From Octopus sinensis (Eukaryota): a stretch of 64,000 nt of DNA. The notes under the pieces are model-generated. The model was not told the origin of the DNA. It searched no databases and was given only the letters and a program-made list of their open reading frames with translations. The position numbers and the translations under genes are program-made. Positions 1-11,000 of this stretch are shown here, piece by piece (position 1 is the stretch's first letter; the number at the start of each line of letters is the position of its first letter). The DNA is taken from the NCBI RefSeq assembly GCF_006345805.1, contig NC_042997.1, positions 17,298,001 through 17,362,000 on the forward strand, written 5' to 3'.

Positions 1-357
1 AAAGGCTGAAAATAAATGAAGCAAGCATTCTTCACTGGAAGTACAATGTGTATGAATGATGGAGTGAAACTGACCTGAGAGAAAAATTAAATTTAAGAGT
101 TATCAATTGTAACATGCAAGAGAAAAGACTATGCTTGTATGGACATATGATGTATATTGAGGATGTCAGTTGGATAATGAAGTGCCAAATAAGCTTGTAG
201 ATAAGGAAGACTAAATAAGACATGAGAAGAAGTTGTGAAATCTGATCACATAAAAGAAAAGATAAGGGATTGCAACAGATACTGAGACACCATACAAGAA
301 GATGACCTATCCAATCCATGCCAGCTTTGGAAGCACAAAAGTAATGATGATGATGAT
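1..357 (+). mobile_element. Decayed RTE-clade LINE, 3' end
   Basis: Translates as DLREKLNLRVINCNMQEKRLCLYGHMMYIEDVSWIMKC...GRLNKT*EEVVKSD, matching the RTE ORF C-terminal pattern (LREKL..RRLRWYGHV..GRPRKTW.EVVK.D). Followed by ccaatccatgccagc and a (GAT)n tail. Confidence 0.75.
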
Positions 358-1504
358 AAAAAACGGTTGAATCAAATTATTTTGGGTCATGCATAATATT
401 GAAGAACAATTTGCCTTGGCAACACTTCTATTATGTGCACTGTCTTGCAAAAGCATGTTTTAACATAATTGGACTTCATAGAAAACCTGGCTGAATGCAT
501 GAATTTGTAAATATTCTTGGTATTCTACTCTAAATGCTTCACACCATTAGAAATAACAGAAACGTGTCCATGATCAGCTTTGAAATTAAGTCTGCCACAT
601 TTGCATGTGTGAACATGGTATTACTGCATGACAAAAGTAACTACATTATTAAGAGAATTATGAATATTTTAGAACTATTTCACCAAGTAATTTCAGTTGT
701 AGTTCCATTCACCTTTAGAGAAAATGGTTTCCAAAGAAGTAATTATCAAAATCAATAAGGGTTACTAAGTTAAAAATGTTGCCAAGAGACCAAAGCTTGT
801 AGTTGTTGATATTATAATAATTGCTATCATTCCCAATGTTAGTGGAGTGACAGAAGTAGTTGAATACCAGATAAAATGCCTTATGGTATTTAATTATAAG
901 TCTGTTAATCTTTTAATAGTTTCAGCTGTTTGGCTGTGGCTGTACTGGGGTAATATTTATTTTCCAACTTCAAATCTTGCAGGAGTTTACTGTTTGCATT
1001 TCATTAACTGGCTAACTTGTTCTTTATATATTTGTAACTTTGTGTGAAAATTAGAAATCTTTTTTTGTCATTCATGTCATTACATGTGAAATCTTTGATA
1101 TTAAGTGGGCATAAAATAGCTAATTTAAGTTTTAATACCAATGCAGCCCATAGGAAAACAAAATTATTTTATTATTGGTTAAGAAGCTTCCCATAGGAAA
1201 AAAAAAATTATTTCTAGATTAGAAGGTTCAAATAAGGAATTTGATAGAATGAGGCAAAGCTCTTATCTTTCTATTTCATAAAAGATCATAAAATATGGCC
1301 ATATTTCCTTACTCTGGAAATATGACCATAACAACTATATTGAAATAATACACAACATATGTGTTGCAGTAAATTTTGAAAATAATTAGGAATTCAGAAA
1401 GATTTAGTAAAATAAATAATATTTATTTATGATTCTGGTGTTTAGAACGTAATTTAAAATCCTTACATGAAACTTTTGATAGAAGATTTCAATAAAAATA
1501 ACAC

Positions 1505-1653
1505 TTAAAAGGAGATATTTTGAATCATAGAACCAGGAGCAGTGCCAGGTGCATTAAAAATGAATGTGTTTGCATTTATATAACCAGTGACAATCTCAAG
1601 CAGGTTGGTATTGAAAGGGTAAGTCACAATATCATTTGTACTCATTGTCTCAA
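1505..1653 (-). CDS. Candidate terminal coding exon, unidentified protein
   Basis: Acceptor cttctattttcacaaag. Only one frame is open (phase 1): ETMSTNDIVTYPFNTNLLEIVTGYINANTFIFNAPGTAPGSMIQNISF*. No homology recognised. Confidence 0.2.
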
Positions 1654-1730
1654 CTTTGTGAAAATAGAAGGCTAAAATTACACCTTTTTAGGATTCAAAT
1701 ACAAAACTGCATGCTACTGAATACTTTTAC

Positions 1731-1781
1731 AATTATCTTCTATCTGTGGAGATCCAACTATAGAACGACTTAGCCATTTAC
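1731..1781 (-). CDS. Candidate 51-nt exon (phase 1-1)
   Basis: tttgtctacttacaag / GKWLSRSIVGSPQIEDN / gtaaaa. In frame with 1505-1653 across a 77-nt intron. Confidence 0.18.
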
Positions 1782-2109
1782 CTTGTAAGTAGACAAAGTC
1801 AGAATTATTATCCCAAATTTCAAAATATATATATACATTTGTACTATTTTATATTAATTCAAGCAATTGTTTTCAAGTTGAAAATGAAACCTCTTTCTGT
1901 TCAGCAAGGTAAATTGAAGCAAGGAGAGTTAAAAGCCTTATGCAAAGCACAACATAGTGACTGTCATAAGTGCTAAACTGATGACTCTATAGTCAGCAGT
2001 TCACTGCCTTAAGCTTATACCTTATACATAAAACATGTTGGATATTGTTTTGGTTATTAATTCTTATATATTACTTTTGTAATTGTCTGAACAAAAACAA
2101 CAAACTCAC

Positions 2110-2135
2110 TTTCAGATCTTTATGGAAATCACATA
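2110..2135 (-). CDS. Candidate 26-nt micro-exon
   Basis: Strong signals tttctttttttag / (V)CDFHKDLK / gtgagt. In frame after 2211-2261 across a 75-nt intron. Confidence 0.22.
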
Positions 2136-2210
2136 CTAAAAAAAGAAACTGATAAAAGTGTGTGTATTTCCTATTTTAAGGTTTCACAAATAATAAGATT
2201 TCTAACTTAC

Positions 2211-2261
2211 CTGGATTTCTGTAAATGACTTTAGTTTGACGTTTTTCTAATGGATACTTAC
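2211..2261 (-). CDS. Candidate 51-nt exon (phase 1-1)
   Basis: ttttattttcatttag / (G)KYPLEKRQTKVIYRNP / gtaagt. Only one frame is open. Confidence 0.27.
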
Positions 2262-2816
2262 CTAAATGAAAATAAAATAAAACACGTTATTCATATACAG
2301 CTCCTAGTTTAACAAATTTTGTTTTTAAATCTTTAAAATAATCATATAAAAATCAACATGAATAAATCTTAAGATCACAATCAGATTTTGCGTGTGTGTA
2401 TGTGTGTGTGCACGTGTGTGTATGTTTGAGTATGTGCCTGTATTATGTAAAAGTCATTCTTGTATGAAGCTTTTAGGTAAACATTAAGTCATCTTTCTGA
2501 TAGAAACAAGTAGTTTAGTTTATTTTCAATAAAAGTTAATCCTATAAGTTGTGAATATTCTCTACTAAATTTTAAAATTTAGTGCTGATGGTATTTAAAT
2601 ACATTGTCAAAAATAAATTAAAATTCTATTTTCAATGCAAATGACTACTGTGAGAAGAATGAAAGAGGTTTGACTAGGCTTTTATGCTATTAAAGGAGTT
2701 GATGCTATTCTTCACAATGATCTGCTACTGTCTTATTTTCATAAACAGTTTTTAATTTTATGGCATTCTGTCTCTACTTTTGGAATTTATTTTATTTATA
2801 GAAATTTCAGTCTTAC

Positions 2817-2875
2817 TATAGCAGCTCTTTTCTGGAAAATGAAATCAGAATGTACAATACAAGCACTAACATCAT
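2817..2875 (-). CDS. Candidate 59-nt exon
   Basis: Long polypyrimidine tract ending ttctcttcag / DVSACIVHSDFIFQKRAAI / gtaaga. Confidence 0.22.
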
Positions 2876-4085
2876 CTGAAGAGAAGAATATTTTAAAAAA
2901 CAGAAAAAAGAAAAGATCCCCCCACAAAAGAAAAAAAAAAGAAAAAAAACATTGGTTAAATTTTTATTTGCACGAAAATGAAGGGGAAATCTTTCTGAAC
3001 ATTTCTGTATAAAATTGAATGATGTCTTTATTTTCTGTTGTAATCAATCTAATAAAATTATTTAGAATAAAATAAAGTTATACCCAAAATATTCTAGTAA
3101 ATCATATTATAGACAAAAGTTGACATGTTAGTATCTTTTATATTTCTTACTATTAGGCTGGACTATATGTACATATATATAAACACAGAATTCTAAATCG
3201 ACTGCTTTCTTTTAACTATATTTATCCAAAACAACAAAACTAAATAATAATATTGAACACACTGAGAATATTTTCTTTTGCTGGAAATTTGATTAAAATT
3301 TTAGAAATTTTATTTAAAACTGAGGTAACAATTAGAAACCCTAACTTTTTTTTATATATTTCTTAATCTGGTTTTCTGTTTTTAACTTGTTTATACTATA
3401 CTGATGTTTGAACATTAATCTTACTTTTTGAATAGTTCTTCACCTAGCAGGAAAATAAATTCCCAAATTTTTATTTATATTTTTATGTTGAGGCATTCTA
3501 ACAAACCGTTCAACAATGGTAATAATTCTCTTCTAAACTATCCACATGAGGTAACTTTTAGTATAAATATTAAAGGAATCCATTAAAAAGAAAATTCTTA
3601 GTTCTAGAAAAGGATTTAAATGAAATTATTTTTGTTTCAATTTAGACTTTTATCAAATTATTTTCTAGAATGTGTTCTACATGCAACAAAATAGTAAAGA
3701 AATCTGTATGCAAGTACAAAATAACCAGCATTATCACTGTTGACTTTTTCCATCACTTTCTTAGAATCTATTGAAAATGTATAGAAGCTTTTTCCTTGAA
3801 TAAATACACCAATGTGATCATCCGTCACTACTTTGATGTCACTTCAGTTTGCTGCTTTATTTTGAAATGTCTTGTAGCAATATTATGCATTATGACGGCA
3901 AATTGATTTTTAAATGTCAGCCATGGAACTTAATAATTCTTTCAGTGGCTGATTTAAGATTAGAAGGTAGTTTATGTTGCTGGAATAAAATCTGTAGGGG
4001 CCTAATAAGGAAGATTAAACAATGATGGCACCACAAACCAGAAAAAATAGTGTTAAGCAGATGTGAAAAGAGTAAGTTGGAATAC

Positions 4086-4155
4086 CTCATATTTAAACTG
4101 ATATTTATGGTAGGGATTATTCTTTTGATACAAGTTGCTATAAGAAGTGTCAGTT
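4086..4155 (-). CDS. Candidate 70-nt exon
   Basis: About 40-nt pyrimidine-rich tract ending tgtatttag / TDTSYSNLYQKNNPYHKYQFKYE / gtattc. Confidence 0.22.
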
Positions 4156-6611
4156 CTAAATACAGAGAAGACAACAACGAAAAGGAATCGACAAAGAAAA
4201 TGCAACTTCTTAATCATTTTTAACCCATTTTATTCATTTCCCCAACTAAATATTTGTCTATGTACCATCTCTTCATTTCTAATTCCTGGTTTGTTGAAAC
4301 CTGAAATAACTGTAGTCAATGAAATAAAATATGAACGGTAATTTTTGAAAGTGTTTTCATCTTTGAAACCAATTTACTTAGCTAAAATTTAAGTAAACAT
4401 TTAAACAGCCATTCCATTTCATTTAGTGTTTAAAATAACTGTCATTTACAAAGCTATCCATGCAAGATTTAATTCAATAGTCTTTAATGGGCATAGAAAT
4501 AGGGTGTACTGATTGTGGAAGTAAATTACAAGTGTGTTTTATTAGACAAATATATTTCTAAAAGACAGTGTACTCTGCTATTAAGCAATGCAGAAAATGT
4601 GTAGAAAAGTCAATAGAAATATATATTTCTATTAACTTTTAAAACTTACATTCCTGATAATTTTTTAATGAAAAGATCAGCATAAAAACACAATACTTAA
4701 AAAGGCTGGATATCAGTCTAAACTAGAGTTTGTTTTTGTTATAGTTTTGCTGAATATAAATGATATACCTTCAGCTTTAGCTATCAAATCTGACGATACA
4801 TCTTGCATTTACAGTTCTGCTAAAAATCTAATGCAGTATAATTGGTCAAATAAAATGTATTGCTAGTTTCTGACCTTGTATTTTACCAGTGATTAGGAAT
4901 TGAAACTTTTATGAAGGTTTTGAAATATTTAGTCATTATGTAGAATATGGATTTAATGTATTAAACCTATATATAAAGTTATAATAAGTGTAACTTGAAA
5001 CTGAACTTAGACAATATGTAAATAACTTTAATTAAAAAGTTAATTATTTATGCAAATGTTTATTTAGTTTCTCTATACATATAGTTATATGAAAGGATAA
5101 TATTACTTTAAAATACATAAACAAACATTCTAAATAAGTCAACAAGGAACACATTAAATATATTTTCTTGATTATATTAATATAGGACATTCTGGATCAT
5201 TGAAAATACATGCCGTATTTAATGTGCAAGATGATTTGTGAGTTATTCAGTAATTCAGAGTCATTAAGTCTCTTGACAATAAGAATATCAAGTAATATTT
5301 GTTGAAGAGAGAAAAATAGATCGCAATCCAGTGAGAAGCTGACAAGAGCAGATAATGTGAACTGGGTAAACAAACTTCATTGTTTGCTGGTCAGACACAA
5401 TTAGAGTTGTAGTTGGTTTATAAAAACATGGAATCAGGCAATTAGGACCAATTTTAGAGATATGAGATTGAGACATGACTGGGTTGAGCAAAGCAATTAA
5501 AGAGAACCATTTCAACTATGTTATCATGAGAAAAAGAATGAGTAGGGAAAATAATCACAATGATGTCAATAGTAAAGCAGTAAAGCATAATTAGTAGTTG
5601 ACAGTTGTATGAGATGTTAGATAACCAAAATATCCCTTTTCTGAAGAAAGAAGTAATCAACTTCGCTTTTCTATAATATCTGAACTGTACTTTGTACCAG
5701 TCTAATAACTCTTCAATTAGGACTTTCTTTTGTTCAGATATTTGGGGTGAATTTTAGTTCAAATCCTTCAAACCCTAGTCTGTCTTATCCAAATAAAACT
5801 ACACGCAGCTAAATGCTTTTGAATCAATGCATTTATTTTATATACACTTTAACTTGAGGCTATGTTTAAAGATAAATCCATAGAATTAGTTCACTGTCAT
5901 AAAAGTATGGAAAAGGGTATTGGGAAAATGGCTTAATCTGTTTCCACATCTAAGAAAGAAATCAAATTCTATAGAATTATCCTGTCTGAGAAAATAATAC
6001 CAAGTATTTCCTACTCAAAGGATTATTATACTTTAAAGTATTTCAGAAGTAACATATTAAATTCCATTATTATAAAATGAGCAGTCCTTAACTTTTATTG
6101 AAAAAGAAAAATATTAAATAAAGCCATTGTTCTAAATAAAAATTCTTATTTGGTCTTTTCAATATCTGAGATATTGTGTAACAGAAAAACAAGAGGAGGA
6201 AAAAAAAGACAAATCACATTTGAAGATTTCAAATAAATAAAATTAAAACAATCACTAAATTCATAAAAGGAAAAGAACATTAACTTTTAGAGAAATCCCT
6301 CATTTCTCTTTTGATAAATATTCCTTTGTTGTGTATTCAAAAGGGGTACAAATAGAAGAGATGAGTATGAAATAACGTACATACATATACATACACATAC
6401 ATACATGCACATATATGTATGTTTTGTTAAAATTTTAAATTCATACAGGTCTAAAATAAAATAAAAAATAAAATTTAACATACACAAATATCTATAACCA
6501 ATGTAATAAATATACATGGAACAATATGCACACTGCTTTTGTACAAGAAAAATCTGTTGCAGACGTGCACAATATATATATATATATGATATATATGTGT
6601 GTATGTATGTA

Positions 6612-6648
<37 letters not shown>

Positions 6649-7482
6649 TGAGAGAGGGGAGAGAAAGAGATACAACTGTAACTGTAGATAAAAAATACAA
6701 CTCAATAGAACGTATTGTCATTCAGTTATGGAGTTGTGCAGAATATATATATGCTCACAGTGGGATTAGAAATATTTAAATTTTATGTAGAACACTGAAG
6801 AAAAAAGGAAGTAATGAGATCATGTTATTGATTAAGGCTTGAAGTTTAGAAAGTTTCTTTGAATTTCATTTTAAACAAATATTTTTAGTGAGAACACATT
6901 TGTAGATATTTTACAATATTTACTTCTAGTTTATAATTCAAATTCATTTCTGAATATATATATCTGCATGTGTGTGTGCACATGCACATATATATAAATG
7001 TGTGTGTGTTTCTTAATATGATAAAACTATATTATTTTCTTTTGTGTGAAAGTTAATATATATATATTGTGCAATGTATGTGTGCATATGTATGTTTATT
7101 CCTTTTCAAAGATAATATAGCAGTATCTGCCCCAAGTTTGGGCTTGTTATGATAGTGTCAGAATATACCATGAAAACATGTAGCTGTGATTTTTCCTCAT
7201 CTTAGAAATTTCTGATAAGTGTGATGATTATGCTTTTCTGAGGAACAATAGTAACATGAAACGGATGGCATCTACAAGGAATCAAAATAAACTTATGGGC
7301 CTTCACTGTCAACACATTATGGTGTATGTTGCTTGTGTGCATGCTTGACTTTTCATACAAGTATGCAGACATTAAACATATATCATCATCGTCATTATGT
7401 TTATCTTCATCACTACAGTTTCACTATCAGAAAAATTATCTTGCATTCTTCTTATAGTTACTCTTGATCCTGGGTACCTACT

Positions 7483-7907
7483 GTGTTAAATATTAAAAAA
7501 TATTTAGTAATGTTCATAAAGTTCAATTAGCACTTCCATATGTTTGTAGTAATCATCAGATTTCAAAATGTGTTAAATGACAGTTGAGGTGTGTGCTTGA
7601 CAACTGCAGTAAAATGACTGACTTCTTCCTTTTTATACCTTTTAGAAGGCTCCAACAAATTTGCCAATCATGAAACATGATGTTTAAGCAGCATGCTGAC
7701 TGGTCAAAACTGTATTAAAAAACTTTGGCTTGTTGGAGCCTTCCAAAAGGTATAAAAAGGAAGAAGTCACTTATTTTGCTACAGTTGTCAAGCACTCAGC
7801 TCAACTGTCAATTAATACATTTTTAAATCTAATGATTACTACAAAAGTATGAAGGTGCTAATTGAACTTTATGAACGTAACTAAATATTTTTTGATGTTT
7901 AATACAC
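7483..7907. mobile_element. Foldback/MITE-like element with about 175-bp inverted arms
   Basis: 7483-7655 is the reverse complement of 7729-7907 at roughly 88-90% identity by eye. The shared block includes gacttcttcctttttataccttt. Spacer about 70 bp. Confidence 0.8.
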
Positions 7908-8210
7908 TTCAACATCATAAAAAAATTTTTTAATGCAAAAATAATAACGTGAAAACCAGACCATGTTGTAACTTTATTCAACTGATATCCTATTCTAAAC
8001 ACATTTACACAAATTCAGGAAAAAGAATATATATATGTCACTCAGTTCTCTGTAACTCAGAAAAAGCACATTCTAAAAGAAATTTGGAGCAGTTATTTTA
8101 TGTAACTGAGCAGTAGATTCTTCACTATGGTATATAACTGGTCAGAAAGTTACCATTGGTTTCACATCTACTATTGCATTCTGCAATATAAAATACTCAC
8201 CATATGTTGC

Positions 8211-9354
8211 CCAGAAGCACATACCCTTTTTTACTGATAAATGTAAATTTACTGGCTTGGTCATGTTTGTTGTAGAAAAAACAAAAACAAACCAAAAAAC
8301 CCTTTCTCAGAAGAAATAAAAAGTTGCTTCCCCTTGTATAATTTCAGCAGTGGCTAGAGTGGGTCAGCTGTGCTTGCATGTGCTTTTCAGGTTCTTTAGT
8401 CTACAAATATGGAAGACCAAGTTTCCAAATACAATTTTCTGTTTTGAGGGCAACAGCTAAAAAGCTCACTTTTTCAATTCAAGAAAGGACCTGGATTGTG
8501 CAAATTTTTTAGGATCATTGTTTTTTCAGCTAAGCAAAGTTTGCACTATTTGCTTCCTTTGAGGTATGGCCCAGGTTGTTCCAGCATTTTCCAGTTCTTG
8601 CCTGTTTTAAGTGTGATATATAACTGGCTAATGTTGTTGTGTCTCTCTGGGATCCTAAAAGTGAACCTGTGGTTATTTGGCCTAGTTTCAAACAGACTCT
8701 TTGTAGCCATAACATATTTCCGTATGTGTGCGTCCTTATGTTGCTGCTGCAACTCTTTGACACCACTTCTGGTTTGTAGAGTGTCCAGTGACTGATTACT
8801 GCAACACTGTGGCTGTAGTTTATGAAACAGAGGTCATGTCCAACAGTAGCAGCAGCAATGAAATGACACACATGTGGAAATATGTTGGAGCAACAGGAGC
8901 TCATTTAAGGCCTAGCAATATAGCCACTGATCCTTTTTAGGATCCCAGGGAGGTGCCACATTAAAATATTAGCCAGTGATTAAAAGAGAAGGGCATGCCA
9001 TACAAAATATACTAGAAGCTGCTGAAACACCCCAGGCCAATGGAAACAGATGGTCAAATTTTGCTTAGCTGAAAAACAATCCTAAATCATTTGCACAATT
9101 CAGGTACCTTCTTGAATTTAAAAAGTGAAATTTTTAGCTGCTGCTCTCATGAGAGAAAATTAATATTGGAAACTTGGTCTTCCTCGTTTGCAGACTTTAG
9201 AAAAGAAAAAGCATAGACAGGCATAGCTGACTTACTTCAGCTATGGCTGGAACTGTACAAACCCACTCAGACAGGATTTTTTGGTCTTTTTTTCCACTAC
9301 CAAACTGATCTAGACTGTATATTTACCGCTATCAGTAAGGCTATGTGCTTCTAG
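8211..9354. mobile_element. Old, long foldback element (about 1.15 kb, arms about 570 bp)
   Basis: Colinear inverted blocks such as cagaagcacata, ggaagaccaagtttccaa, cagctaagcaaa, gggatcctaaaa and aacatatttcc recur in mirror order up to a small centre near 8790-8810. Roughly 70% identity by eye. Confidence 0.75.
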
Positions 9355-9616
9355 AAGCTAAAGAGACTATTTGCTTCCAGTTAGCATGTTTGATAAGTCG
9401 TCTATATTTCCAAATGCAATAATTGATACAAAACCTTTGGTAATGTTACATGCCATAATCAAGAATATACTACTTGACTAAGTAAGAGTATGTAAATACA
9501 TGCATTCATTCATACACACACACACACCCATACGTATATAAATCCTCAATATAACCAACTAAACATACACACATTTGATACAAATGGTTATATAAAGTAG
9601 TTTTAGTGGTTATATT

Positions 9617-10385
9617 GGCAAGACTAGTGAAGCCATAATCCGTGGCCCCTACCTGGGACGTAGTCAGTCCACCTGTGCATACCTTCCTTCTTGTGACACT
9701 TGTGAAGACCTGTTGAGGCAAGTGAGAATCGAATCGAATCGTATCAAATCAAATCGAACCAAATCAAAATAGATGAACATCAATGGAATTTGTATCCTTG
9801 TGGTACCAGTGCCGGTGGCACATAAAAAACCATCCGAACGTGACCGTAGCCAGTACCGCAATGACTGGCCTCCGTGCTGAGCCTGAGGCACGTAACAAAC
9901 ACCATCCGAGCGTGGCCGTCCGCCAGCCTCGTCTAGCACCTGTGTCGGTGACACTAAGAAAACACAATCCGAGCGTGGCCGTCTGCCAGCCTTGTCTGGC
10001 ACCTGTGTCGGTGGCACATAAAAAACACCATCCGAGCGTGGCCGTCTGCCAGCCTCGTCTGGCACCTGTGTCGGTGGCACATAAAAAACACCATCCGAGC
10101 GTGGCCGTCTGCCAGCCTCGTCTGGCACCTGTGTCGGTGGCACATAAAAAACACCATCCGAGCGTGGCCGTCTGCCAGCCTCGTCTGGCACCTGTGTCGG
10201 TGGCACATAAAATCACCCACTACACTCTCGGAGTGGTTGGCGTTAGGAAGGGCATCCAGCTGTAGAAACACTGCCACATCTGACTGGCCTGGTGCAGCCT
10301 TCGGGCTTCCCAGACCCCAGTTGAACCGTCCAACCCATGCTAGCATGGAAAGCGGACGTTAAACGATGATGATGATGATGATGAT
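9617..10385 (+). mobile_element. V-domain-like SINE with RTE-type tail and internal 63-bp tandem array
   Basis: gttggcgttaggaagggcatccagctgtagaaac (V-SINE-like motif), then aacccatgctagcatggaaagcggacgttaaac(gat)n. CpG-rich, so probably a young copy. Confidence 0.75.
9898..10212. repeat. Five tandem 63-bp units inside the SINE
   Basis: Unit aacaccatccgagcgtggccgtctgccagcctcgtctggcacctgtgtcggtggcacataaaa starts at 9898, 9961, 10024, 10087 and 10150. The last three appear identical. Confidence 0.95.
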
Positions 10386-10717
10386 TGGGCACAATATATA
10401 TTTTCTAATGATATTTAGTGTTTTGTAAGATTGTATAGTAAAATAAACCTGAAATGTTGCTGAAATGAAACCAAATATACATGGCCTTCTCCCCGTTTTT
10501 TTTTTATGTTGTGCTGATTCTGCTTCTGTCAGTGATATAAATTTATGGAAATAAATTGGTAGAATCATAGACGGCATATATCTTTTCCACTCTTTAGTCA
10601 CGTCTTTTTACATTCTTTTCAGGTACCTCATATCTTTTCAACTCTTTCTGAAGGTTAATTTTGCCTATCAATATTTTGAGATTAACAAAATCTTGGGATA
10701 TATCAGTTAGTATAAAA

Positions 10718-11000
10718 CAGAGGTTCCAAACCAGGATCCACATGGATCCCCAGAGATCCACAGAAGCTTTAAGGTGGTCCACAAGTAAAAGATTGTAATT
10801 TGTAGGTCCATATATAAATTTTGTTTACTAAGAGAGGTACCTGTATTCATTGAAATTTTCAAGATTTGCGTTTGGCCTTTATGTTATGAATATAACAAAA
10901 TTGTTTCATTGTTAGTTTTTACTAACCTACAAACAAATAAATTTCAAAAATTTATATGTGCATATATGGGGTCCAAGCAAAATAAGGTTGGGAACTACTA
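10718..11000. mobile_element. hAT (Buster/Charlie-like) MITE
   Basis: Termini cagaggttccaaacc / ggttgggaactacta. Flanked by near-identical 8-bp TSD gtataaaa / gtatagaa. Confidence 0.7.

Noticed and set aside
6759-6794. Minus-strand segment with excellent splice signals
   Set aside because: Stops in all three frames. It shows how often such signals arise by chance here, which is why the exon calls carry low confidence.
7668-7705. GAAACATGATGTT in the loop of the 425-bp foldback, similar to the hammerhead stem III at 17610
   Set aside because: No CUGANGA core in a compatible position on either strand.
8785-8845. CTGATTA...GAAACA...TGTC near the apex of the 1.15-kb foldback
   Set aside because: The core has T at the conserved G8 position, stem I does not pair, and the GAAAC..GTC part is already paired in the foldback arm. 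Worth rechecking only against a family consensus.
9664-10346. Overlapping 130-180 aa ORFs with 21-aa repeats; superficial CRISPR-like periodicity
   Set aside because: Produced by the 63-bp tandem unit in a SINE. Units are contiguous with no unique spacers, and no cas genes are present.
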